Assembly (NCBI GenBank): GCA_028534125.1
Contig: CM052817.1
Location: 35,094,001 to 35,158,000, forward strand
DNA from: Lama glama
Lineage: Eukaryota
Direction: 5' to 3'
DNA length: 64,000 nt
Positions 12,753-23,770 of the stretch are shown here, piece by piece. How positions within the stretch are numbered: position 1 is the stretch's first letter; the number at the start of each line of letters is the position of its first letter. The translations under genes were made by a program, and so were the position numbers. Below the pieces are notes generated by a model. The model worked only from the letters and a program-made list of their open reading frames with translations, was not told where the DNA came from and did no database searches.

Positions 12753-13219
12753 TGTTACTGACCAGGGCCCTTGAGCTCTTTAATCAATGGAAATTGATTA
12801 GACGCCAGATGAGGAATTCTGGCAAGGCTTTATTGGGACTCATGCTCTAGCACGAGGGAGTGAAAATAAGAAACAGGTGCCCTTGCTTGCTCCCTGAAGA
12901 GGGGTAAGCTGGTTCCTTAAATGGGGTGGGAGTGGATCAGTGAGTGGGGCCGGAGGGGTGGCTTGCATGGTCTCCCCACCCCCTTGGGGGTGCTGTGTGC
13001 AGGGATCATGCACAGTACCCTGCTTTTGCCCTAAGCAACTCAGAAGTGGTAGTTGATTTTTGGCCTTTTTGTATCTTTTTGTGCATAATTTGCCCTAACT
13101 GCATGCATGTAGTTATTTTTAGTCCCTTACAGTTTCTTTATATTCTGTTGCTCAAGGAGAGGAGACTTTGTCCAGGTATAAGCACTGCACTAAAGGGCCC
13201 CAGGTCCCAGCCTGTCTTA
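12753..13219 (-). mobile_element. Solo ERV (ERV1-class-like) LTR, lineage-specific
   Basis: Starts TGTTACTG, ends CCTGTCTTA (CA decayed to TA); 4-bp TSD CACG/CATG (CpG decay) at 12749-12752 and 13220-13223; TTTATT (minus-strand AATAAA) at about 12829. Confidence 0.75.
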
Positions 13220-13342
13220 CATGAAGCTAGTTCTGTTGCAAGGAGTTGTGAAATATACTTGGAACTTCACCAGGCCTCTTTTCTCTAAATGGGGAGAAGT
13301 TTAAGAGAGAAAAACCAGATTTCAGACTTGGAACCACATATA

Positions 13343-13990
13343 CAGTCAATCCTCATTATTCTTGGATTCTATATTTGCCAATTTGCTTATGAGTTAAAAT
13401 TTATTTTTAACCCTAAAACCAGTACTTGTAACACGTAAGTGGTTATTTGCACACATACACAGAATGGCAAAAAATTTGAGTCACCCAAAACGTGTGGTCC
13501 CTGCTGAGGTCAAACAAGGCAGTGCTCTGCCTTCTTGTTCTGCTCTAATACTGTGAAGAATTGTCCTTTTCACAGTCTGTTTAGTGCTGTGTGTTTGCAT
13601 ATTTGTGAGGTTTCTTTGGTGGTGGTGGTGGTGGTAATTTTGCTACTTAAAACAGCTTCTCCTCAGCATATGCCGATGCCCAAGAAGGCTTTGATATACT
13701 TTATGGAGAAATGCATACATAGTTAGATAAGCTTCATTTAGGCATGAGTTACAGGCTGTTGGCTGTGAATTTGATGTTGATAATCAACAATACATATTAA
13801 ATAAGGTATCTTTAAATAGAAACTTACATAAAGTAAGATGATATGTGTGTTTTGATGGCTTGGTGAGGATGTTGTGAACAGAGGCTCTCAGGAACCTAAC
13901 CTTGTATTTCCGCAGGAGCAGTGGCTCAGTGTTCACTAATTCAGTATAACTTTATAGAAAACACCTACTGCAGGTAATGAGAAGCAACTG
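13343..13990 (+). mobile_element. MER82 TcMar-Tigger element (strand given for the transposase remnant)
   Basis: TA + CAGTCAATCCTCATTATTC ... GTAATGAGAAGCAACTG TIRs; internal remnant of the Tigger N-terminal HTH ('KKA..Y.MEK...LDKL.LGMSY'). Confidence 0.88.
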
Positions 13991-14528
13991 CACATAAAGC
14001 AAGTGCCTCTTGTAGAGTGAGATATATTTCACTAATAATGTTGGGTTAATGATGGTTATTAAATGTCATCCCAAATGAAAATTATAATCATGAGGCTGGA
14101 GCAAGGTTTAGAAGGCCTGAGAAGCCGAGGTGTTGCCATCACTGGTCAACCTCCGGGTCCTTGAGCACCAGGGAAGAGGGGGTTCTTTAGGAGAGGATGA
14201 GCTCATTTTACTGTTGGTAGGTAATGGGGAGCCCTCTAGAAAGGCCTGCTCAGTGATTTTATTTAAACTTAGTTCTCAGTTGTCGCTAACAGGAGGATAA
14301 AGAGTTAAGAGCATGAAATTTTTTTCTGAGGAGTGCCTTTTTTTCTCTTTTGTTACTACCTTCTATCTTTACTGTTTTCTTAGGGAAATCAATGTTGATG
14401 ATTATTCTTGATTCTGCCACCCAGAAAGTGACTTCCCAAGTTTACTGTATTTTGTGTGTGTTTGCTTTTGGAGTGTGGCTGAGAAAGATGTTGTGTTTAT
14501 TTTTTAGTATTGTTGTAGCAAAACTGAA

Positions 14529-14607
14529 CAAAGAAAGAAAGAAAGGAAGGAAGAAAGGAAGAGAGAGAGGGAGGGAGGGAGGGAGGAAGGAAGGAAGGGG
14601 AAGGAAA
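14529..14607 (+). repeat. Polypurine (GAAA/GGAA/GGAG)n simple repeat
   Basis: Seen directly. Confidence 0.95.
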
Positions 14608-14918
14608 TACTGGAACAAATAAGTAATAATGCCTGTTTTTCTTTCTATTTGACTTTACTTTAGAACATTAAATACTGTGAACCATTTACATATAGTCTCT
14701 TGATGTCCTGCTAATTTTGAAAACAAAGGTCCTAGATACTTTTTTCTGTCCTTTTGTGATAATCCTGTTGGGCAGACTGACATCAGTGTACATTAGGAAA
14801 ATGTATCCAGTGACAAAGACCTCAGTCTTCAGTTGCCTTACCTCTTCCTTAAAGCCAGGAAAGGATTAACTGGTGATAAAAACAGTGGAGCTTGAAAGAA
14901 GGATGTGTACCATATGAA

Positions 14919-15288
14919 GGTGGTGGTGGTGGAGGTGGTAGAGATTATGATTGTAAGTGGTGGTTGAGTTGGTGGCAGAGGTGGTAGTGGTGGTGGAAGT
15001 CATGGTTGTAGGTGGCAGTGGTGGTGGTGGAGGTCATAGTTGTAGGTGGTGGTAAAGATGGTGGTGGTAGAGGTTATGGTTGTAGGTGGTGCTAGAGGTG
15101 GTGGTGGTGGTGGAGGTGGTAGAGATCATGCTTGTAGGTGGTGGGTGAAGTGGTGGTGATGGTGGTGGTAGAGGTTTTACTTGTAAGTGATGGTAGAGGT
15201 GGTAGTGGTGGAGGTCATGGCTGGAGGTGGTGGTGGAGGTGGTGGTGGTGGATGGCAATAGGTGGTAATGGGGAAGATGATGGTGGTG
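14919..15288 (+). repeat. (GGT)n-based minisatellite / low-complexity tract
   Basis: GGT triplets punctuated by 7 copies of an 18-bp core, GAGGTCATGGTTGTAGGT-like. Confidence 0.92.
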
Positions 15289-15290
15289 TA

Positions 15291-15829
15291 TGTGCTAGAT
15301 GCCCTTTGGTAGTGTTTGCCCAAATGTCAATACTTTCAATTCCTTTTTCTTTGAGAAACACAACCTCCTGACCTCCATTCTCTAGGGATGACTCCCTGGC
15401 ACCCATTTTTATACAGTGTAACTCTGTCTTTCAGATGATAGTAAATCATACTGACCCAGTTAGGCCCAATCAGAGTCCAATTTGAATCAGAATTAAGAGC
15501 TTTTAACCTTAATCCGGGCTGTACTGTTGAACAGAAGATATCCAAAAATGTGGCAGGTCCCATCTTCTGCCTGCCTTGTAGACCAGAAAAAAAAAAAAAA
15601 AAAGACCTGTAGAGAGAGAAAAAATAGCAGTTACAAAGAGAGAAGCAGATATGAGAAGTGGTCGGTCTGTAGGCCCGAGTGTTAAATTTTTTTTCTGCAA
15701 CCAATTTGTACACTTACTCCAAAAGTTCTGTTTAAATATGTAGGTATCATTATAATAGATTCTATTTTTTCTCAAGCTTGCCTAAGTCAGTTTCTGTTAC
15801 ATGCAAGTAAATGAATCCTGATGAATACA
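15291..15829 (+). mobile_element. Old MaLR LTR (MLT1J/K/L-like)
   Basis: 'ctgacccagttaggcccaatcagagtc' and the terminus 'cagtttctgttacatgcaagtaaatgaatcctgatgaataca'. Confidence 0.65.
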
Positions 15830-16072
15830 ATATGATACTGTCTTATCTTAAGATTCATCACTCCACTTTTATTCTAAAATCTTAGCGAAGTAGCCAAAGA
15901 TATTCTTCAAGGTTATTCATATTAAATTGCCATCGGTGTTTTATCCTTTTGAGAGTTTAGTCACTCTAAGAAAAGGAAATGGAAGACAAGCATCATCTCA
16001 AGTATTCCCTTTTTTGGGAAACATTTCCAATTCAGCCTGAGTTAGGGGCCCTAATTGTGGATTTCCATGGCA

Positions 16073-16198
16073 CAGAGTTGACAGATAAAATGCAGGAGAC
16101 CCCAATATTGCATGAGATGTCCCTATACTAAAAACTATGTGTTGTTTATCTGAAGTTCAGATTTAACTGGACATCCTGTATTTTACCTGGCAATGCTA
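16073..16198. mobile_element. MER53 palindromic hAT MITE with left-arm deletion
   Basis: 'cagagttgacagataaaatgcagga...gttgtttatctgaagttcagatttaactggacatcctgtattttacctggcaatgcta'. Confidence 0.85.
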
Positions 16199-16446
16199 GA
16201 TCCGGGCAAAGGGTACCAGGATCAAGAGTTGTACATGTGAAATTGCCAGCCATTAGGTGTTGCTGGAGCATAGACTTTGCAGAGTTTGAGTCATTTAGGG
16301 ACAAAGCTGGAGAGGAGGGCAGAGGCCAAGTCATAAAGGACCTTTCTTCATAACACTTATAACACTGTGGTAATTATCTAATGATTTTTCTGCTTCTGTC
16401 AACTGGGGCAAGATGTGCCTCTTTCCTCCTTCCCAGGTCTCTAGCA

Positions 16447-17110
16447 CAGTGGTTTTCAAGCTGTAAATGAAGATTCACTTTCTACAAACAAAAAAAGTTT
16501 GTTTATAAACTTTGACTATTGAATATATTGAATGTTGTAAAACATTCATGAAGTTGAAATTTTAAAAGGTGAGATAAAGATAAAATAATTTAAAAAATTT
16601 TAAAATAATATTTAAAAAAATTAATTAAAATAAATAAAATAAAATTTTATTTTATTGGTTAACATTTCAAAAAAATTCTTTTTGCTTTATGAAAACACAG
16701 TGATTGCATATATGTCACTCTTTTTTGCTTTGTTTTGTTTTGGTTTCAGCACTGTGTGATACAGACATTTGATGGTGTGATTACAAGTTCATTTTATTTT
16801 GAGAATTGAGTTTTAATAGCCAAAAAAGATAACTCATTAAGAAGTGTTGATCCAAATAGAAGAATGACATCATTGGCTGCACTTGGTAAATCATCATATA
16901 TGCTTTTCCATCTCATTCACCAGCTGTGTCAAGATTTTTGTTTCAATTCAGCTATTGTTATTTTCCCATGTCATTAAATTATTCTTACAAATTATGATTC
17001 AGATATTACATTTTTATATTTCTAACAGAGTTCAAAACTCATTAAAATTCATTTGGAAGATTTAGAAAATTCTGTTTCCAAGTTTTTAAAGTGTACAGAT
17101 GTGAAGATTT
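16447..17110 (-). mobile_element. hAT-Charlie transposon with decayed transposase C-terminus
   Basis: TIR 'cagtggttttcaa' after TCTAG; minus strand of about 16800-16895 translates DDLPSAANDVILLFGSTLLNELSFLAIKTQ, resembling the hAT dimerisation motif (LLPF.STYLCE..FS....IKTK). Confidence 0.75.
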
Positions 17111-17132
17111 TATAAACTCCTTGTTCTTTTGA

Positions 17133-17880
17133 CATTCACATATTCAAGTATTATTGCTAGGCATTTTTCTAGACCTTGGAGCTAGAATATTGAACACAAA
17201 ACAGACAAAAATTCCTACTCTTATCATGGGAGAGGGAGATAGACAATAACAGATAAACAAGTGTAGTTAAAATATATTAGATGTTGATAAACTTTAAAGA
17301 GAAAAAACAATGAAGAGAAATGGGAAGGGTTGGGATTAGTTGCTGTTTTAGATGAAGGCCAGGGAAGGCCTAATGGAAAAGTGACTTTTCAGTAGAAATC
17401 TGAAGAAGGTATGAGAAGATATCTGGAACAATATTCAAGGCAATGAGAGCAGCCAGTGCAAAGGCCCTGGGGTCACACGTGCCTGGCTTCTTTGAGGCAT
17501 GGCACCATTGGGGCTGGAGTGGAGTAAATAAAGAAGACGGGAACAGGAAATGATGTCAGTTAGGTAATGGTGTAATGGCCCAATCATTCAGGGACTTATA
17601 GGCCATTGTAGGGAGTCTGGCTTTTACTTTGAGATATACGGGAAACTATTAGATGTTTTTGAGCAGGAGTGTTAATAGAGTGACTCTGACTGCTGGGGAC
17701 AGTGGTGCAGTGAAGGAGTTGGAGGAGTACATACAGGGAGGTCAACTTGGCAGCTGCTGCTATAACCTAGGAGACAGATGATAGGGGCCAGGACTGGCAT
17801 TAGCATGGTAGCAGTTGTAGAAGATGAGGAGTGGTTGTGGTCACAATGTATTTTAAAGATACGTCAGTTAGTTGTCGGAA
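17133..17880 (-). mobile_element. L2 LINE 3' portion
   Basis: 'cagacaaaaattcctactct...cagggaaggccta...agccagtgcaaaggccctggg...ggacttataggccattgtagg'. Confidence 0.85.
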
Positions 17881-18388
17881 GAGAAAATGACAAAAGTCAC
17901 CTTATGGAAAACTCTCTAAACACCCCTTTTCACAGTATTCTTTCCATAGGGTGAATTTCCTTGGAAAGTAGTTATCACTCATCGTTAAAGCATCACCTTT
18001 ATCAGTGAACAACCGGCTATCAGCTGGATCTCTATTTAGAAAATATTTTTGGAAGAAAAAAAAAGAATAGGTTGAACATGTTTTCTTTCTTTCTTTTTTT
18101 TCCACCAAAAACCTCTCTTCTAAAGCCAACAGCTGACAGTTGCCTTCAGTGAAGCAGTCAGGATATTTTAGAACACTTGTCTACTTGTAATAGAACACAT
18201 GTGAGTCAACTTAAAACTTGACAACTCTTCTTGGTGTGGTGGGTTGCAATAACCAAGGAGCCACTGTGTCATGTAAAAGATTTTCATAATCAATCCCATG
18301 TTATGACAAGGTTTTATTTGTTTTTTATTTTTTGGGGAGGGAGGAGGTAATTAGGTTTATTTATTTGTTTTTAATGAAGGTTGTGCTC

Positions 18389-18497
18389 AGTGCTGAATAC
18401 TGGAATTTGACACAACATTGTAAAATGATTATAAATCAATAAAAATGTTTAAAAATAAATAAAAATAAAAATATGCAACAGTAAAAAAAAAAAAAAA
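18389..18497 (+). mobile_element. Severely 5'-truncated camelid L1 3' end with bipartite A-tail
   Basis: 'gtgctgaatactggaatttgacacaacattgtaaaatgattataaatcaataaaaatg' is nearly identical to the L1 terminus at 4648-4706. Confidence 0.9.
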
Positions 18498-18504
18498 GAA
18501 TGTT

Positions 18505-18533
18505 GTGCTCGCTTCAGCAGCACATATACTAAA
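18505..18533 (+). pseudogene. RNU6: U6 snRNA 5' fragment (3'-truncated retrocopy, nt 1-29)
   Basis: GTGCTCGCTTCAGCAGCACATATACTAAA matches mammalian U6 nt 1-29 (GTGCTCGCTTCGGCAGCACATATACTAAA) at 28/29; the mismatch is a CpG-type G>A. Confidence 0.93.
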
Positions 18534-19579
18534 GTATTTTTAATGAAGGTGCTAGGGATTGAACCCAGGACCTCATGCATGCTAAGCATGTGCTCTACCA
18601 CTGAGCTACACCCTTCCCCCTACAAGGTTTTATATTGATTCTACTAAATTGCCAGTTACATTCTGGAGCACAGTTACTCTTCTGGATTCAGTCTCTTTTC
18701 TGTAATATTTTGCCTCTGAACGATGCAATGGATGCTTTTTGCAAGTGATATTATCTTTTCCTGGACTCCTTTCTTCTTTTTAAATACCTATTTCCTCAGA
18801 TCTCCACCAACATTTTCTTTAACTATTAACTAGGAATGAGTTTGATTGATTGCCAATTTTTCATCTGTGCATTATTTAATTGTCAGTCAATTTTTGATAC
18901 CAGTGCCTGATTTTTGTGTATTGTTTAAATCATTTTTTACAGACGCAGGGAGAACAGCTATTTCACAGTTGAGGTGTAGCTTGTCATTTGTTTGAAAATA
19001 ATCATCACTGAGTATTGTATTGGGTACCATAGTGACTTAACGTCAGGGAAAAATACAGAGATTTGTATTCACATTTTATAGACTTAATTGTAAAATGTCT
19101 TGCTAATCACACTGGCTTTGTAATGTTGTTACTTGCCCTTTTAAGGCACTTATAATGAAGTTCGTGCCTAATAATGAGTGGATGTAAATCAGTATTTCAA
19201 ATAGTTATATTGACAGTTTCACATCTTAGGAGCTGATGGTTTATCATCAGACATCAGGTCAACGTTGTTTTAACCTCATAGTGTTGCTGACGGAGAGCTC
19301 ATATTCGAGATTCTGGAAACTTTGCAACATCCTTGCATTTATGTCTATTTTTCTCTATCTGTTTCTCTGTAAGAATAAAAGCAAAAAATTTAAAAGCAAA
19401 AGAGGCCCTGTGCTTGCCTTGGGGAACCACAGTAAGGGAGCTGAGGAGAGTTAATCTGTCTGACATCAGTGTGCTGGGCAGAAGAGTCTTAGATCATAGA
19501 GCTGAGATGAGAAGCCTTGGCTCTGCTTTTGAAGGGCCTGTTAAAGAGTTTATCAGTGTTACTAGCCTTCTTCAAAGAA

Positions 19580-19740
19580 CGAGTTTTTACCTTTGTTGAT
19601 TTTTCTCTACTTATGATTGTTTTCTATCTAGTTCATTGATTTCTTCTTCGATCCATGCTATTTAGAGGTATACTGCTTAATTTTCAAACATTTGAGAATT
19701 CTCTGGTTAACATTTTTATGTTGACGTCAAGCTTAATTGA
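19580..19740 (-). mobile_element. Old L1M ORF2-region fragment (continues at about 21150-21600)
   Basis: 'tttcttcttcgatccatgctatttagaggtatactgcttaattttcaaacatttg' is antisense L1 ORF2. Confidence 0.7.
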
Positions 19741-19741
19741 A

Positions 19742-21150
19742 AACCTACTGTGACATATATTAGTTAATCTTCAACAAAGGTGCTATCACATTTTAATGGA
19801 GAAAGGAAAGTCTTTTCAACAAATGTTGCAGGAACAAGTGGAGGAAAAATTTACCTCTTTCCCCTTCCTCACACTACAAACAAAAATTAATATGAGATAG
19901 ATCACAGACATAAACATAAAGCTAAAACTATAAAACTTCTTGAAAAAAAAGTAAGTGAATATCTTTTAGGCTTTGAAGTAGGCAAAGATTTCTTAAAAGA
20001 TGACAAAAGCATTAAACATAAAGAAAAAATTGGGATTCATCAACATCAAAAACTTCTGCTCATCAAAAGATGATTAGAAATTGAAAAGGCAAACAATGGG
20101 CTGGGAGCAAATGTAATACATAATCTTCGAAAGACTGGCATCAGAATATAAAATGAACTCCTATAAATCAGTAGTTTTTAAAAATGCAGTTTGAAAAAAA
20201 TGGACAAAAGACTTGAACGCACAAAACTATATTCAATTTCGTGTAATAATGTATAATGGGAAAAAATCTGAAAAAAAATAATATGTCTGTATATGTATAA
20301 CTAAATTGCTTTGCTGTATGCCTGAAGCTAACATTGTAAATCAACTACACGTCAATAAAAACAAAACAAAACAAAACAAAATAAAACTTGAACAGACACC
20401 GCACAGAGAACGTAAGCAAAAAGCTACCATTAGCCACCAGGGAAATGCATGTCAAAACCTTGCACTGGAATGGGACAGACTAAAAGTCTGCCAACACCAA
20501 ATGCTGATGAGGCTTTGTCAGCTGGAACTCTCATGTATTACTGGTGGGAGTATAAAATGATGCAGCTACTTTGGGAAAATGTTTGGCAATTTCTTATAAA
20601 ATTAAACATTCACCAACCCTATAACCAAGCAGTTCCACTCCTAGGTATTTACCCAAGAGGAATGAAAATGTATGTGCACAAAAAAACTTATATAAGAATA
20701 TTTATAATAGCTTTAGTTATAATAGACCTAAAATGGAAACAACCAAATACCCATCTGCAAAGGAATATATTAAAAAGTTGTAGTATTTACTGTTCATTGC
20801 TCAGCAGTAAAGAAGAGTAAACTGTTGATACACTCAACAGTGTAGATGAATCTTGGAGACATTAAATAACACCAGACACAAAAGAGTACATACTATATGA
20901 GCCCATTTTTTATGAAGCTCAAGAACCAGCAAAACTAATCTGCAGTAATAGCGGTGAGAACAGTGCTTGCCTTTGGGATGTGGAGATTGACAAAAAGGCA
21001 CATGAGGGAACTTTCTGGAGTGATGAAAATATTTTATATTTTTATTTTGTTGGCGGTTACACAGTTGGATTCCTTTATTGAAATGTATCAAGTTGTACAT
21101 TTGAAAGCAGTCTATTTTACTGTATGTAAAATTTACTTCAATTTTAAAAA
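19742..21150 (+). mobile_element. L1M (L1MC/ME-type) ORF2 3' end and 3' UTR, inserted into an older antisense L1
   Basis: ORF 20449-20820 'LLWENVWQFLIKLNIHQPYNQAVPLLGIYPRGMKMYVHKKTYIRIFIIAL' is the L1 ORF2 C-terminal region; L1M 3' UTR runs to about 21150. Confidence 0.88.
20219..20382 (+). mobile_element. Younger L1 3' end with (AAAAC)n tail, nested in L1M
   Basis: 'ctatattcaat...gtataactaaattgctttgctgtatgcctgaagctaacattgtaaatcaactac'; flanking repeat A(G/A)ACTTGAAC. Confidence 0.8.
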
Positions 21151-21218
21151 TGGTACTGCTTGCAATTTCCTCTGAATCTATATTCCTTCAAAATAATAGG
21201 TTCAAAAAAGTACTCTGT

Positions 21219-21340
21219 TGGAGACAGGGTATAGCTCAGTGGTAGAATGTGTGCCTAACACGTGTGAGGTCCTGGGTTCAATCCCCAGTACCTCTATTAA
21301 GGAAGAAAGAAATAAAAACCTAATTGCCGCCCCCCTCAAA
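21219..21340 (+). mobile_element. vic-1-type SINE
   Basis: 'agggtatagctcagtggtagaatg...gaggtcctgggttcaatccccagtacctc'; TSD AAAAAA(G/A)TACTCTGT. Confidence 0.92.
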
Positions 21341-21679
21341 AAAAAAATACTCTGTGGTTTCCATTTATGGAGATTTCTTGAAACATTTATGATCCACATG
21401 TGGTTAATTTCTGTAAATGTTAATGTGTGTATGTTAAAACACTAATCACAGTTGTTGAGTGAGGTATTCTTTATAAATAGGTTACAAAGGTTGAGTTTTG
21501 TTACTGTGTTGTTCAAATCTTACGTATCCTTATGTGTTTTTGCTTGTTTTGTGAGTCACTAAGAAATGTGTGTTAAAATATTTTGTAATCTTTATAATTT
21601 TGAATGTATTAATCATTGTTATTTTAAAAATCATGTCCTGTGGCTCTACCTCGGTCACCCCTGCGTCTGTTTTCATTGT

Positions 21680-22575
21680 CTCTACTTCTCTGGAATCTAT
21701 TTGCTGTTATGTCTAGTAATTGTTGATTGAATGCAGGACATTATGTGTAAAGAGTCATAGATGTCTTTCTCCGGAGGCTTACTTTTGCTTCTCATAGGCA
21801 GTCAGAGTAAGGCAGACCTCTTTAATCCAATGAGGGACTGAACTGATTTGAGGCTCAGTTCTGGTATTTGTCAGGCCTTCATTCTAGGATGTTGCCCTTT
21901 AAGGGTCCTAACAGAAAGTATAGGATATTTACCTGGGCCGTGAACTCTAATTTTCCTTCCTCCAGCATCATGAAACTGTCAAAAGCTCTGTTAGCAGGGA
22001 GGGTGTAGCCCAGTGGTAGAGTGCATGCCTAGCATGCACGAGGTCCTGGGTTCAATCCCAGGTACCTCAATTAAAGAAAAAAATAAATTACCCCCCCAAA
22101 ACAAAAGCAATCAAAGAAACAAAAAAGCTCTGTTTAATTCCCCAGCCTCTTACCTGCTGTTTTCTTCTTGGTTTACATTCCTTATCAATGAGCAAATGCT
22201 TAGAAAGGCAGACTGTCCAGCTTGCTTTTCTGGGCTAACCTTCCCTTCGGGGTCTCCTCAGCCTGTGAGTCTGCCAAAAGGTCTGGTACCTTTATGTGCT
22301 TTGCAGCAGCTGCTTTCTGCTTGGCTTCTTGGCAGTTTTGCCCTGTGCCCCTAAAAGACTAGTAACGTTCCTGAGAGGAAAAGTAGTATGATGACTTGCC
22401 TCATTTTTTATTTCCCTTCTCCCTAAGATCTTGCCTCTCATGTCCTGGCTGCCTTGGTAGCTGGACTCCAGTGCTTTCGAACAGGTTTTTAAAATCATTT
22501 TATCCAGCTTTTCTATTTGTGTTCAATGGAAGTTGGTCTGATACCAGCTCATCCCTTATAGCAGTAACTGGGAAT
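21680..22575 (-). mobile_element. Old L1M 5'-region fragment (L1ME 5' end-like), interrupted by a SINE
   Basis: Motifs 'ttttgcttctcataggcagt' and 'ttttatccagcttttctatttgtgttcaatggaagttggtctg'. Confidence 0.5.
21993..22122 (+). mobile_element. vic-1-type SINE
   Basis: tRNA-Ala head; perfect 12-bp TSD AAAAGCTCTGTT at 21981-21992 and 22123-22134. Confidence 0.93.
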
Positions 22576-23589
22576 CCTTCGCTAAGCACATATGGTCAGC
22601 TCCTCAAAAGGACCCAGCAGCCATCGTCAGTCTGAGAATTGAAGTGATTTCTTCCCATATTGTTGCCCCAGAATGTTGTCTTCTTTTCCTGGGCTTTGCA
22701 AAGGGCAGATTTGAATCTGAGGTTGTGTCCTGGACATTTTCCACCTCCCTTCCAGTTAAAATCTACATCATGGTCATTACATCATGGTTTTCATTCCAGT
22801 GTGTTTAGAAGGGATTGTGTGTGCCCTACCCACAGGGAGCCCGTTGACCTAGTTAATTCTGTGATTGGCATTTGAATAAAAAGGTGCCTTCATTACCTCG
22901 GGGGGAAGAAGTAATCTAATGATTACTGGGTTCACTTCTCCACTAGGGTGAATCTGTGCCTTCTGGATACTTAAATTTTAGCCAAACTACCATGAAAAAT
23001 GAACGCGAGAATTCTGTATGTAAGAAGGATGGGAACCTCAGTATCCACGAGTATGATTCTTTCAGTCCCTTCAAAAGGGGAAACCGTTTATAATAAATGC
23101 TTTTAAGGCCCTAGAATAAATTTAGACTAAGGAATGCAAATTTAATATTACTAAACCTAATTGGAAACCTCAGCCAAAAAACTCTTCTGTACTGACTTCC
23201 TCCAAGGGATAGAAAAGAGATTCATTTTAAAGGTGTCCCCAGAGAGAATTGAAGATATAAAGCTCTTGATGTTTGTTTGTTTTTTTTCCTCAACAGTTCA
23301 CAAGAGCAGTGATTCCCTGGCTTTTTCAACAATGTACCCTGTTTCCTGGCACACTCACCACTGAGGGTAAATTCTTTGCACAAGAAGAAGATTTTGGAGG
23401 AGAGCTGTCTAACAAGGAAAGGACGTGTGGCTATTGAGATAGGTAAGTCATTTGTTTCGAGGATGGGGAAGGAAGTAGCGTACAAAGAAAATACTAAAGA
23501 ACGTTTTCATTTATTGTGAGTGAGTCTCTAGAAATGGGTAGTATGCATTTCACGAAATATGAATTTAAAAGATCCTCATCATTTATCTT

Positions 23590-23770
23590 CTAATTCTAGA
23601 CTTACTCACCAGCTCTTCTACTTATCAGCTGTGTAATCTTAGACCAGTCACTTAGATTCTCAGAGCCCTGGTTCAGTCATCTATAAAAGAAAATTTCATA
23701 TGAAAGTGCTTTGCAAATGGGAGAGTGGAAGATGAAAATGTAATTGTTTATTGTTCGTTGTTATTATTGT
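23590..23770 (+). mobile_element. MIR SINE fragment
   Basis: 'cagctcttctacttatcagctgtgtaatcttagaccagtcactt...catctataaaa'. Confidence 0.7.

Larger units (their letters stand above)
18318..18621 (-). mobile_element. vic-1-type SINE interrupted by U6 and L1 insertions
   Basis: tRNA head at 18545-18620 and tail at 18318-18381; perfect 12-bp TSD ACAAGGTTTTAT at 18306-18317 and 18622-18633. Confidence 0.92.

Noticed and set aside
14919..15288. Repeat-spacer pattern resembling a CRISPR array, and His/Thr/Val-rich ORFs
   Set aside because: Spacers are (GGT)n rather than unique sequence, the cores are degenerate, there are no cas genes, and the DNA is mammalian; the ORFs come from low complexity
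16073..16198. MER53-derived miR-1302-type hairpin
   Set aside because: Most of the left arm is deleted and the mature-like segment is diverged, so the hairpin cannot form
18505..18533. Functional U6 snRNA gene
   Set aside because: Only 29 of about 107 nt, no PSE/TATA upstream, and embedded in a SINE
20449..20820. 123-aa ORF as a host gene
   Set aside because: Decayed L1 ORF2 C-terminus
21996..22070. tRNA-Ala-like sequences (here and at the other SINE heads)
   Set aside because: All are SINE heads with diverged stems, AT tails and usually TSDs; they are not tRNA genes
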